This document shows, in pieces, positions 8,780 to 17,949 of a stretch of 64,000 bases of DNA (its first letter is position 1; the number at the start of each line of letters is the position of its first letter). The translations under genes and the position numbers were made by a program. The notes under the pieces were generated by a model, which worked only from the letters and a program-made list of their open reading frames with translations, made no database searches and was not told the origin of the DNA. The DNA is taken from assembly GCA_965116875.1 (NCBI GenBank), contig OZ220733.1, positions 2,752,001 through 2,816,000 of the forward strand, in the 5' to 3' direction. Source of the stretch: Candidatus Latescibacterota bacterium (GTDB lineage: Bacteria; Latescibacterota; UBA2968; GCA-2709665).

Positions 8780-10879
8780 CTAGGCAAGGGCCGTTCCGGC
8801 GTCGGTAAGCGTATAGGCCGGGCCCTCCCCGAACACCGTCCCCCATCGTTCGCGATCCTGGTGCTCGAGTACCAGCCTGATCGTGCCTCCGGGCGGACCA
8901 CCCAGCATGAAAATCCGCTCCGGGCGTTGCGGAAGCACCGGTCCGCGGACCGGACTGGCGACCTGCTCCGCGGGAGGCACGAGAACCAGTTGAGGCGCGG
9001 CGCCCGGAGCGGTATACCAGAATGAGATCATCGATCCATCGGCCTGTTGTCCGGCAACGCATTCCCCTCCGCAAGGCAGAATCGCCCACAGGACGTCGAG
9101 CGACGTCTCGCCGGCCATCGCAAACCGGAAGCGGAGGTCCGCATGGTCCATCGCCTCCAGGTCTTCGGGCGGGATGTCGTAGCCGGACAGGTACTCCCTC
9201 CAAAACGGGTCGACCGGTTGCGGAACTCGTTCGAACGCCGCCGCATGCGAAGCAGCGTGATAGAGGCCGCATGCCTGTCCGGATGGCGTCTCCAGCCGGA
9301 GCGATCTGTCCGCGCCGATCCGGGTATCGACCTCATGTCCGACGTGAAAGTGGGCCTCCACGGGGCGCGTCTCATGACCGGAGAACCGGACCCGATCCAG
9401 CACGAATACGGCGTGCCGGTCCCTTGCGTGCAATACGGTCCGCTCGAAACCGGACAGGTCCGGGACTTCGGGGTACGCGCACGCCGCTTCGCACCTTGCG
9501 GCTGAGTACACGTCGTTCTCGCCCCGGTAGACACCCGTCATCTCGCCCCCGGCGCCGGGTTCGACCGACTGTCCCCGGCCGTCGAAGGTGAGCGTATTCT
9601 TGAACGAGGTATCGAACCGGAAATATCCGGACGGCCGGAAAAAATAGTGACCGTTTACAAAGTACGTAAAGGACGCCCGGTCTTCATAGTGGGCGTGCTT
9701 GTTCTGCGTTATGGTCTGTATCGGAAGCCCTTCGTCCAGCAGGGACTGCGCCAGCGGGGCGCCGGGAACGGTACACTCGAAGCTGAGTACGGATGCGCCT
9801 TCGTCAAATCCCGTACGGGAGAAAAACTGACCCATCGACGGAAAAGCGGCGGCGGCCGGCAATCCGTCCGGAGGCTCCGCCGCAACGCCGGGATCGTACC
9901 ACAGGAAGCTCCAGCCGTAGTCGTGATAGTCCTTCAGGAACGATCGGGCGGATTCCCGTTCCGCCTGCCACTGCGCCAGACCGTCATTGAACTCGGACGC
10001 GAGTTTGTACAGTTGAAAAGCCACGACCCCGCCGGTCTCCCCGTGATACCGGCCGCTGGGCGTCGAGTCGTCCAGAAATACGTAGTTTCCATCCGGAAGA
10101 AGGTGGTAGGTCCGCCAGCGGGGCAATGCCTTCAGCCAGGGCACATCAAACGCGTTTTCGCCGAATACCCGCTTCCTGCCCTCCAGGTAGAACAGCATCG
10201 GTCCCAACGCGTAATTCAGCGGGGCCACGCCCTCGTTCCAGGCCCCGTCCTCACCTTGAATGGAAACGATCCATTCGACCTCTCTCTCAACATCGGTCAA
10301 CCACGACCCGGCTTCGGGCGCGTAGGGCAACAGGGCCAGACAGCCGACGCCGGCGCCGAAGACCGGCACCCAGCAGTCGTGGTAATGGTATCGCCGGCTC
10401 CAGCCTGCCTCCCCGGTATTCATGTACCGGACCATCCGTCCGGTCTCGACCCGCAATACCTCGATCGCGCGACGAATCAGCGGTTCAGGAAGAACCCGGC
10501 CGAACAGGTCCACGCCGTAGGCCAGCGCCATCACGTGAAAGGCTACGAGATATGAGGATTTGACCTGCTCGTTTCCCGCGCTGTCCGCATCGACCCATCG
10601 CGCCATCCAGCGTTCGGCAAGTCCGCGCCACCGCCCGTCGCCGGTGACCTGCCATGCAATGCCGCAGTTCACCACCAGAGTAAAACAGATCTCGAGCAGA
10701 TCGCTGTACGCGGGCTCCTCCAGGTCCCAGAGCGTGCCGGGCGGATCGACATGCAAACGGGCGTGCAGGTCTGCCACCATCGGCCGGAAGAACCGCGCGT
10801 GTGACGAAGCGCTGCGATCGCGCAATTCATCCAGTTCGTTCTCGGACAGAATCAACCGCGGCGCCGCGGGGTCGACCAT
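8780..10879 (-). CDS. Heparinase II/III-like (DUF4962-type toroid + beta-sandwich) lyase-fold protein, no signal peptide
   Basis: N-terminal PRLIL, DGAWNEGVAPLNY, FPSMGQFFSRTG, HAHYEDRASF, KNTLTFDGRGQ, FERTV..FVLDRV. Confidence 0.75.
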   Translation of the reverse strand: MVDPAAPRLILSENELDELRDRSASSHARFFRPMVADLHARLHVDPPGTLWDLEEPAYSDLLEICFTLVVNCGIAWQVTGDGRWRGLAERWMARWVDADSAGNEQVKSSYLVAFHVMALAYGVDLFGRVLPEPLIRRAIEVLRVETGRMVRYMNTGEAGWSRRYHYHDCWVPVFGAGVGCLALLPYAPEAGSWLTDVEREVEWIVSIQGEDGAWNEGVAPLNYALGPMLFYLEGRKRVFGENAFDVPWLKALPRWRTYHLLPDGNYVFLDDSTPSGRYHGETGGVVAFQLYKLASEFNDGLAQWQAERESARSFLKDYHDYGWSFLWYDPGVAAEPPDGLPAAAAFPSMGQFFSRTGFDEGASVLSFECTVPGAPLAQSLLDEGLPIQTITQNKHAHYEDRASFTYFVNGHYFFRPSGYFRFDTSFKNTLTFDGRGQSVEPGAGGEMTGVYRGENDVYSAARCEAACAYPEVPDLSGFERTVLHARDRHAVFVLDRVRFSGHETRPVEAHFHVGHEVDTRIGADRSLRLETPSGQACGLYHAASHAAAFERVPQPVDPFWREYLSGYDIPPEDLEAMDHADLRFRFAMAGETSLDVLWAILPCGGECVAGQQADGSMISFWYTAPGAAPQLVLVPPAEQVASPVRGPVLPQRPERIFMLGGPPGGTIRLVLEHQDRERWGTVFGEGPAYTLTDAGTALA

Positions 10880-10947
10880 CGGGGACGTCCATTTCCGAAT
10901 CAGGGTTGAAATCGAAATGGCCCGGCTTCACAGAACCCCTCATCCCA

Positions 10948-10976
10948 AGTCTAAACCATACCGGGAGGGATTGCAA
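10948..10976 (-). promoter_or_regulatory. Putative sigma70 promoter for the minus-strand cluster
   Basis: Minus strand reads TTGCAA-17 nt-TAGACT. Confidence 0.55.
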
Positions 10977-11070
10977 GTCCCTTTGACCGTGGATTGGATG
11001 GCTGCACGACCCCGCCGCGCCGGTCAGTGCGCCCGGCATGGCGAAATAAAAAAATCACTCTTTTTTTCTC

Positions 11071-11100
11071 TTGACAAAATCCGCCGGGTGGTGTTATCAT
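11071..11100 (+). promoter_or_regulatory. Putative sigma70 promoter for the outer-membrane cassette
   Basis: TTGACA-18 nt-TATCAT with extended -10 TG and an upstream A/T tract (11044-11070); divergent from the 10976 promoter. Confidence 0.65.
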
Positions 11101-11382
11101 TACTTATAGTATGTTTTAGTAGTGTGTTTGCTTCAAGCGAGTGTGGTTCGAAACGGCATCGCGAGGGCTTTCTCTGTGGGAGGGGCACCGTCTTGCCGTA
11201 ACTGTAATTATCGGCCCTCCCCCGGAATTTGCGGACGCCCGTTCCGGATGCCGCCGAACGGGCAATCAAAATCACGCCGGGGAGTCGGTGACAGGTTGAG
11301 CCAAAGTACTGCAAACGGACCGGATTTAGCGAGAATGTCGGCGGCGATCGCGCGGCCCGGTCCATCACAAGGAGGGCAGTCT

Positions 11383-12129
11383 ATGGGCACATGGAGGGTT
11401 GCGGCTGTTGCCGGGCTTCTGGTGGCTCTTCTGGCACCGGATATCGGCGCGCGGGAGTTCGACCGGATCGGAGGGCGGATGCTGTTGGGCTACAACCTGC
11501 CCGTAATGGGGCTTCGGACGAACTGGTACACACAGGCGGTACGTTGGGGCGGCAGCGTTGTTTACAACCGGAATATCAACAACGCGCTTGAGTTCGAGTA
11601 TCACCGGCTCGAATACAACGACGGCAAGATCGAGAGTCAGACGTTTACCTGGAACGAAGACTCGAAGGATTATGCAAGCCCCGAGTCCGACGCCAGTATG
11701 CGGATCAACAGCGTGCTGTGCAACGTGGTTTTCCGGCTCGGCGACAAGTCTCGGCTGTTCTATAACCAGGGCACATCCCCTTACGTGGTCGCCGGCGGCG
11801 GGTTTCACAGCTACAGCAATCGCGTGACCGGCCTTATTTATCCCGGGCAGAAGGGCATCCCGGTCGAGGGTTCGGAAGAGAATATGCTGGATCCGAGCGT
11901 GGTTCTCGAACCGGTGGTGGAGAGCCGGTGGGCGCTCGGGGCCCATTTCGGGTTTGGCGTCGAACGGTTCATGTCGAACAACTTTTCACTGGATTTCCGG
12001 GTTCAGCACAATTTCCTGGTGGGGACGCTCGGGCCGCGGGAGGCCTGGGGCATCAAGGGCGTGATGCCGCTGCTGCAGATGCTGGATCTGGAGGTGGCCG
12101 TCAAATTCTACGAATCGGGGAAAGATTAA
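11383..12129 (+). CDS. Small outer-membrane beta-barrel protein (OmpA/OmpW-like)
   Basis: AAGGAGG SD, signal peptide, alternating beta-strands SPYVVAGGG, GAHFGFGVERF, FSLDFRVQHNF, LEVAVKFY. Confidence 0.75.
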   Translation: MGTWRVAAVAGLLVALLAPDIGAREFDRIGGRMLLGYNLPVMGLRTNWYTQAVRWGGSVVYNRNINNALEFEYHRLEYNDGKIESQTFTWNEDSKDYASPESDASMRINSVLCNVVFRLGDKSRLFYNQGTSPYVVAGGGFHSYSNRVTGLIYPGQKGIPVEGSEENMLDPSVVLEPVVESRWALGAHFGFGVERFMSNNFSLDFRVQHNFLVGTLGPREAWGIKGVMPLLQMLDLEVAVKFYESGKD

Positions 12130-12229
12130 TTCGTCTCGCGTGCCCGGCGATCAGGGAGGAGGCACGATCCAAATCGGGCATAAGTGGCTGAAGATAACCA
12201 GCTCAGACAATACAAATGGAGGTTCGGCA

Positions 12230-15200
12230 ATGAAGAAGTGCGTTTTGTTTATCGGAGTTCTTTCCCTCTGTACGGCGCTGGCGTTGAGTGGTAACGCCTG
12301 GGCCGGCACGACTGGAAAGATTGTTGGAAAGGTCCTGGACAATCAGGGCGAACCGCTTCCCGGCGCCAACGTGGTCGTCGAGGGCCTCAACCTCGGGTCC
12401 ACAGCCGATGCGGAGGGGTTCTACGTGATTCTCCGCGCCGATCCGGGGCTGTATACGCTAAAGGCGTCCCTGATCGGTTATCAGGCCGAGTCACAGACGG
12501 ACGTGCGTGTGCAGGCCGACGTGACGACGGAGGTCGATTTTACGTTGCAGGAGGCGACGCTTGAGCTCGGGGATATGGTTGTCAAGGCGGAACGTCCTCC
12601 GGTTGAGGTTGACAAGACCTTCAGCAAGTACATCGTAGGCGCCGATGAGATCGAGCAGCTTCCCATCGTGCGCACGACCAGCGAGTTGATCACGCTGCAG
12701 CCGGGCGTGCACCTCGACGGGTCCGACCGCATGCGGGGAAGCAACCGGCCCGGTGAATGGCGGAGCCGCACGGGCGGAGACGTGGCCTATTACGTGGACG
12801 GCGTGAAAATCGTGAACAGCGACGGCGCCGGCTCCCACAACTGGAAGGCTATCAACCGGTCGACCGTCCAGGAGATTTCCGTGGTCACGGGCGGGATGAA
12901 CGCCGAGTACGGCAATGCCCAGGCCGGCGTCATCAGCATTATTACAAAAGACGGAAGCCAGAACTTCCACGGGTGGGGCGAGTACCGGCGGACCCCCCCG
13001 GGGCAGAAGCACTGGGGCGCAAACGCCTACGAAAGCCCGTCGCATCTCGACAAGATGAAATGGGGCGAGGGCGAGTGGCAGAACGAGCGGGACCCGGATA
13101 CGGGTCGACTCGTCCACCAGCGCTCGGACTACGATGAAATCACCGGCCACGAGGTGGAGGGGAATGTCTCGGGTCCGCTTTCCAGGAGCGCTTCGTTCAT
13201 CGTTTCGGGCAAGACGGCACGGAAGGCGCCCATCTATCCCTCGGGGACGGAGAGGGGCTACTATGACGACATAGGGCGGTTTGTTCCTTCTTTGAACAAC
13301 TACCAGGGATCATACAGCGTCACCGTCCGCGCGTCCGAAAATGTAAAGATGAAGATCGGCGGTTTGTTCGAATACAACAAGAAGTTTATCGGTACCGACC
13401 GGGATTCCTACCGGAACGAACGGTCCGCGGGCACCTCCAGCGGCGTCATTCGCGGTTTAGGCAAGAACATCTTCCTGCCGGCGGACTGGAGCGCGGCGGG
13501 CAAAATGAGTACGAACCACAATATGCAATACCTGGCCATCACCCATTCTCTCTCGCCCAGGACGTTCTACGACCTCCGGATATCGCGCTATTCAACGGTC
13601 GACGACACCAGCGATATCGCGGCGAGAACGTCGGACGTGCGTACGGATGCGGACGGATGGTTTGCCGTGGACCGGGAGGTCCGCCATTACCAGGTTGCGG
13701 ACCGGAAGCGGTACCAGGTCAAGCTGGATCTGGCCAGCCAGATCACGAAGGGGCATTTCGTGAAGGCCGGGTTCGAATTCATCAAGTACAGCATGTTCCT
13801 CACCCGTTACACGGGAGAGAGCGCACAGGCCAGGCGGCTGGAGTTCGCGGGCGCGCAGGGCGTGGTCGGAGATCCTGTCAAGCCCCAGCACCTCGCCATC
13901 TACGCGCAGGACAAGATGGAGTTCGAAGGCATGGTCATCAATGCCGGCCTGCGTCTGGACCTGTTCGATCCGGTATCCAAGTTCCCGGCTTCCGGCGCCT
14001 ATGCGTTCTCGCCCATGTACAACTCGCCACTTAGATTCCAGAATGCGCCCCACCGCGAACCGGTCGTGTTTAAAAACCTGAGCCCGCGGGTGGGGGTGTC
14101 GCATCCGATCACGGCGCGTTCGTCCATGCATTATTTCGCGGGTCTGTTCCTGGCCTATCCCGACATCTATTATCTGTTCAACGGGGACTGGCGGACATCG
14201 GGTCCCGATCAGGACTGGAACGGGAACGGCGGGATCGATCCGGGTGAGCGGTACAACGCCATGCGGCCGTCGTACCCGATTCGCAGCGGGCAGGGCACCA
14301 CTGAAATCCGACCCGAAAAGACCGTGTCGATGGAGGTGGGGGCGGACTGGAACTTCGTGCAGGACTACACCGGCGCGATCGCATTGTACTACAAGAGCGC
14401 AAAGGACCAGTACCATTATCATTCCGACGTGCGCTTTTACGCGCCGCACAGGCCCGGTTGGGTGCATCCCTACGCCCGGATCCTGCACAACAACGGGTTC
14501 GAAGAGCAGCGGGGTCTGGAATTTTCCCTGCGGAAGCCCCTCAGCCACAACTTCGCCATCAATCTTGCGTACAACATGACATGGGCGCAGGCCGGTTGGG
14601 GCAATTTCGACGCCTGGTTCAACTTCCTGTATCCGGACTCCATGTACATCGCCAGCGGGCGATACTGGTACGAGTACAGGGTGGAGAACGGCGTTGAAGT
14701 GCCGGTGCCCCTCACGGTCGAGCAGATCCGGGAGATCGGCGCCACCGCCAACCGAGTCATCCGGAATAACGCGAAACGAGACGGCAGGCCGGGAGGCAGA
14801 GGATACGAGCAGACCCGGATGACGGCCCGGGAATACGGGCTCATCGGCCTGGACGACTTCGAACTGGACCACATCCACGTGTGGGCGAGGGGTTATCAAA
14901 CCGGCCTGAACGCCGACGGCGGCAACATCCGGAACCAGGGCAGTGTACAGTTCCTCTACCTCACGCCAGGGGACTACGGGCCCGATTTCAAGGTGTTCGG
15001 TAGCAAGTTCCTCGCCAACTGGCGGGTCAACCTGCTCTGGCGCATGCAGAATACGGGTTCGTTCTGGTACACGCCGGCGAATTCCGGCCGCGAACGCCGG
15101 CTGCGTCCTATCCGCACCTGGACCGACTTCGCCATTGAGAAGCGTTTTCCGTTCGGTCTGGGACGCGGCGACGTCAGCCTCTTCCTGGAGGTGCGAAACC

Positions 15201-15370
15201 TGTTCAACCAGAAGGACGACAGTTCATACAATACCACCGACTGGACCAACTGGGGATTGCTTACGGCCCGCCCGGACAACTCCGAATTCCTCCTGTACGG
15301 GGATACGCGCGACCGGAACTTCTACAACCATCCCCGGCGCACGGAGATGGGTTTGAGAATCCAGTTCTGA
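12230..15370 (+). CDS. TonB-dependent transporter with N-terminal carboxypeptidase-regulatory-like domain
   Basis: GGAGG SD, signal peptide (AWA-G), GKIVGKVLD..PLPGANVVV, plug LQPGV..YYVDG..GGMNAEYGNAQAGVISIITK, YAQDKMEF..NAGLRLD, SPRVGVSHPI, C-terminal RRTEMGLRIQF. Confidence 0.93.
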   Translation: MKKCVLFIGVLSLCTALALSGNAWAGTTGKIVGKVLDNQGEPLPGANVVVEGLNLGSTADAEGFYVILRADPGLYTLKASLIGYQAESQTDVRVQADVTTEVDFTLQEATLELGDMVVKAERPPVEVDKTFSKYIVGADEIEQLPIVRTTSELITLQPGVHLDGSDRMRGSNRPGEWRSRTGGDVAYYVDGVKIVNSDGAGSHNWKAINRSTVQEISVVTGGMNAEYGNAQAGVISIITKDGSQNFHGWGEYRRTPPGQKHWGANAYESPSHLDKMKWGEGEWQNERDPDTGRLVHQRSDYDEITGHEVEGNVSGPLSRSASFIVSGKTARKAPIYPSGTERGYYDDIGRFVPSLNNYQGSYSVTVRASENVKMKIGGLFEYNKKFIGTDRDSYRNERSAGTSSGVIRGLGKNIFLPADWSAAGKMSTNHNMQYLAITHSLSPRTFYDLRISRYSTVDDTSDIAARTSDVRTDADGWFAVDREVRHYQVADRKRYQVKLDLASQITKGHFVKAGFEFIKYSMFLTRYTGESAQARRLEFAGAQGVVGDPVKPQHLAIYAQDKMEFEGMVINAGLRLDLFDPVSKFPASGAYAFSPMYNSPLRFQNAPHREPVVFKNLSPRVGVSHPITARSSMHYFAGLFLAYPDIYYLFNGDWRTSGPDQDWNGNGGIDPGERYNAMRPSYPIRSGQGTTEIRPEKTVSMEVGADWNFVQDYTGAIALYYKSAKDQYHYHSDVRFYAPHRPGWVHPYARILHNNGFEEQRGLEFSLRKPLSHNFAINLAYNMTWAQAGWGNFDAWFNFLYPDSMYIASGRYWYEYRVENGVEVPVPLTVEQIREIGATANRVIRNNAKRDGRPGGRGYEQTRMTAREYGLIGLDDFELDHIHVWARGYQTGLNADGGNIRNQGSVQFLYLTPGDYGPDFKVFGSKFLANWRVNLLWRMQNTGSFWYTPANSGRERRLRPIRTWTDFAIEKRFPFGLGRGDVSLFLEVRNLFNQKDDSSYNTTDWTNWGLLTARPDNSEFLLYGDTRDRNFYNHPRRTEMGLRIQF

Positions 15371-15400
15371 TCCATTCCGTCGTCAACACGCCATGAATGA

Positions 15401-15431
15401 GCGGGGGCCCCGGGGTTGCCCGGGCTCCCGC
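15401..15431 (+). other. GC-rich intergenic hairpin (no U tract) after the TBDT gene
   Basis: GCGGGGGCCC pairs with GGGCTCCCGC (10 bp, one G-U). Confidence 0.45.
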
Positions 15432-15479
15432 CGGTATGCGATTCTTAATTGAGGACCTATCAACGCTGAGGAGGATACG

Positions 15480-17912
15480 ATGCGTTCGAACCGTATGAAC
15501 ACCGTCCTGAAAGGGTGCGGTGGATGGGCGTTCGCAGCAGTCCTGGCGATATGCTGGTCCGGACAGGTCTGGGGCCAGGCGAACCACCCCGGGTCCGCCG
15601 GCAGGGCGCCCCTGGAACGCGGGATGCTGTATACGTCCGTGACCAATCTGGGCACTCAGGGAGGCTCCATCGGCGCGGCGCTCTCGCGGTCATCCAGCAT
15701 GGTCTACCCGGCCACGGTGGGCGGCGACATCATTACAGGTGACGGTTGGGCGAGCCAGTTGCCGTTCTTCCGCGTCGACTGCAACAGCGAAGGGCGAATC
15801 GAAGCCACGTCGCACGGGGAGGGCATTGGCCTGGCGCTGCGGCTTCCATCCAGTTTCCAGGGCTCAAGAGCCTACGACAATTTCTCCAAGAACGGGTACT
15901 ACGTGGTGCTGACCGGCCCCCGTTCGGACATGCTCGACGAGATTGTGCCCATGGTGGCGGATCCTTCCATGGATGAGGAACTGCAGTACCTGGGCGGGGA
16001 GATCAGGGTGCAGCCCTCCTCCGCCGAGAATCCGGGCTTCGAATGGCGCAAGGGCGCCCCGTGGTACTACGCGCCCACCTGGAGCGAGAACCTGGCGCAG
16101 ATTCTTGAGAATGCGCCGCTGAACAGGGCCCCCGTGAGAATCAGCAACTGGTCGTGGGGGGAGTACGCGACTCCCGGACCTCCGGGCGCGCCGTCATCCC
16201 GTTCCGACGAGTGGCCCGAAGAGATAATCGTGACCAAGTGGACCACGCTTGCCGGCGTTACCTTTACGCGGCGCACGATGGCATGGAGCTACCCCGCGTG
16301 GGACGACTTCATCATTACGGAGATCGAAATCGAGAACACGGGCGACAGCGATGGCGACGGAGAGAGGGACCTGCCCGCGGAATGGCTGGATAATGTATAC
16401 GTTCCTATCATCGGCTCGTGGATGCTCACGGACGCGGGGCTGTCCCACTACAATCGCTCGGACCGCTGGCACTGGTACAACGTGGGCGGTCTGGACGACT
16501 GGATCGTCTATACCGAAAATGCCGGTTATTCCGGTCCTGCCAGGGGGCTGAAAATGATCGTGGACTGGGACGGCGACAGTCCGGAGTTTCCCTGGGACGA
16601 TACGGGCGATCCCGTAAACCGGCTGATTATTTCGCCCTCTTGCGATACGGGCCGCAAGGACGGTGAATTCACCTCGTACCAGTATATGGGCTTCGGACCG
16701 CTGGCGTATGAGGACGGCGGGGACTGGGGATTCAATACCAGGGACGCGGGCAAGTATGCCCAGCCCCAGGGCGACCAGCCTCACGCAGTACGCTTCTGGC
16801 GGATCGAAAGCACCACCGTGTCCGCGGACCCCCGGCCGGGGGCTCACGACCGTGAGACCATGTTCAATATGATCGCGGAAGCGGGCTTTCAGGCCAATCC
16901 CAGCGAAATCGGCGTGTTCTACAGCGCCCAGACCTTCGGGCCGTATTCACTTGGACCCGGCGACAAGGCCAAGCTGGTGGTGGCATGGGTGGGCGGCTCG
17001 GGCGCCGGAGAGAGCGACCTCTACACATGGACGCGGTCGCACCTGTATGACTTCGACGGTCTGAAGAAGGGCGAAGAATGGATGGTCGAGTTTTTCAAGC
17101 GCGCGAAGTGGGCTTATGACAATGAATACGACGTGCCGGATTCGCCGCCGGACGTGTACGTGGACGTCACAAACAGCCCGGACGCGCAGAACCTGCTCAC
17201 GTGGAACTCGGCGGACGGCGCGATGAACCCGGACTATATAGGAGCGGAGGCGCAGGACGTGGCGGGTTACCGCATCTACCGCTCCGAGTGGAACCCGGAC
17301 GGGCCCTGGACGAGAGTCGGCGAGGTCCCGGCCGGGACGCATACGTTTACGGACGTTGAGTCGGTAGCCGGGTTTAATTACTGGTACTCGGTAAGGCCGT
17401 TTGCAAACGGCCACGAGGACTGGGTGGGACGCGTGGGCACGATGGCCACGCTCCCCGCCATGGTGCAGGCGCAGGTAATGGCCGGCCTCGAAGGCGGCCA
17501 GTGGGCACGGTCCCAGCGCAAGCCGCCGTTCTTCAGTCCGAAGCAGCCCGCGGTTGGCGAGACCGAGGCGTTGGGCCGGGAAGTCTTCGTGGTACCCAAT
17601 CCCTTCCGCGTTGGCGACGCCAATCTGCAGTACCCGGGCAAACCGCAGATCCGGTTCGTGAACGTGCCGAGCAAGGCCTGGATCTACGTGTTCAACAGCG
17701 CCGGCGACATGGTCGGAAAGATCCTCCACGACGACCGCACGGATGCGCCCGACGATCCGAACGTCTGGCTGGGCGAAGCGCAGTGGGACCAGCTGGCGAT
17801 GTCGCTCGGCACGGGGTCGATTTCCGCGGGCGTCTACTTCTTCGTGGTGGAATCTCTCGTTTCCGAAAGTATGGGGAAGAAACGGATTGGAAAATTCATG
17901 GTCATCCGATAG
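15480..17912 (+). CDS. Large secreted protein with Fn3-like domain and T9SS type A / FlgD-Ig-like C-terminal domain
   Basis: Signal peptide (VWG-Q). PDSPP..LTWN..AGYRIYRS..FTD..YWYSVRPF (Fn3-like). C-terminal VFVVPNPF..IRFVNVP..IYVFNSAGDMV..QWD..SAGVYFFVVES..GKFMVIR. Confidence 0.75.
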   Translation: MRSNRMNTVLKGCGGWAFAAVLAICWSGQVWGQANHPGSAGRAPLERGMLYTSVTNLGTQGGSIGAALSRSSSMVYPATVGGDIITGDGWASQLPFFRVDCNSEGRIEATSHGEGIGLALRLPSSFQGSRAYDNFSKNGYYVVLTGPRSDMLDEIVPMVADPSMDEELQYLGGEIRVQPSSAENPGFEWRKGAPWYYAPTWSENLAQILENAPLNRAPVRISNWSWGEYATPGPPGAPSSRSDEWPEEIIVTKWTTLAGVTFTRRTMAWSYPAWDDFIITEIEIENTGDSDGDGERDLPAEWLDNVYVPIIGSWMLTDAGLSHYNRSDRWHWYNVGGLDDWIVYTENAGYSGPARGLKMIVDWDGDSPEFPWDDTGDPVNRLIISPSCDTGRKDGEFTSYQYMGFGPLAYEDGGDWGFNTRDAGKYAQPQGDQPHAVRFWRIESTTVSADPRPGAHDRETMFNMIAEAGFQANPSEIGVFYSAQTFGPYSLGPGDKAKLVVAWVGGSGAGESDLYTWTRSHLYDFDGLKKGEEWMVEFFKRAKWAYDNEYDVPDSPPDVYVDVTNSPDAQNLLTWNSADGAMNPDYIGAEAQDVAGYRIYRSEWNPDGPWTRVGEVPAGTHTFTDVESVAGFNYWYSVRPFANGHEDWVGRVGTMATLPAMVQAQVMAGLEGGQWARSQRKPPFFSPKQPAVGETEALGREVFVVPNPFRVGDANLQYPGKPQIRFVNVPSKAWIYVFNSAGDMVGKILHDDRTDAPDDPNVWLGEAQWDQLAMSLGTGSISAGVYFFVVESLVSESMGKKRIGKFMVIR

Positions 17913-17949
17913 CCGGCGTGAGGCAATCCCGGGAAGGAGCGATTAGCTT

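Noticed and set aside
7278-8783. 501-aa plus-strand ORF inside the IS
   Set aside because: Antisense shadow of the transposase; no independent motif evidence.
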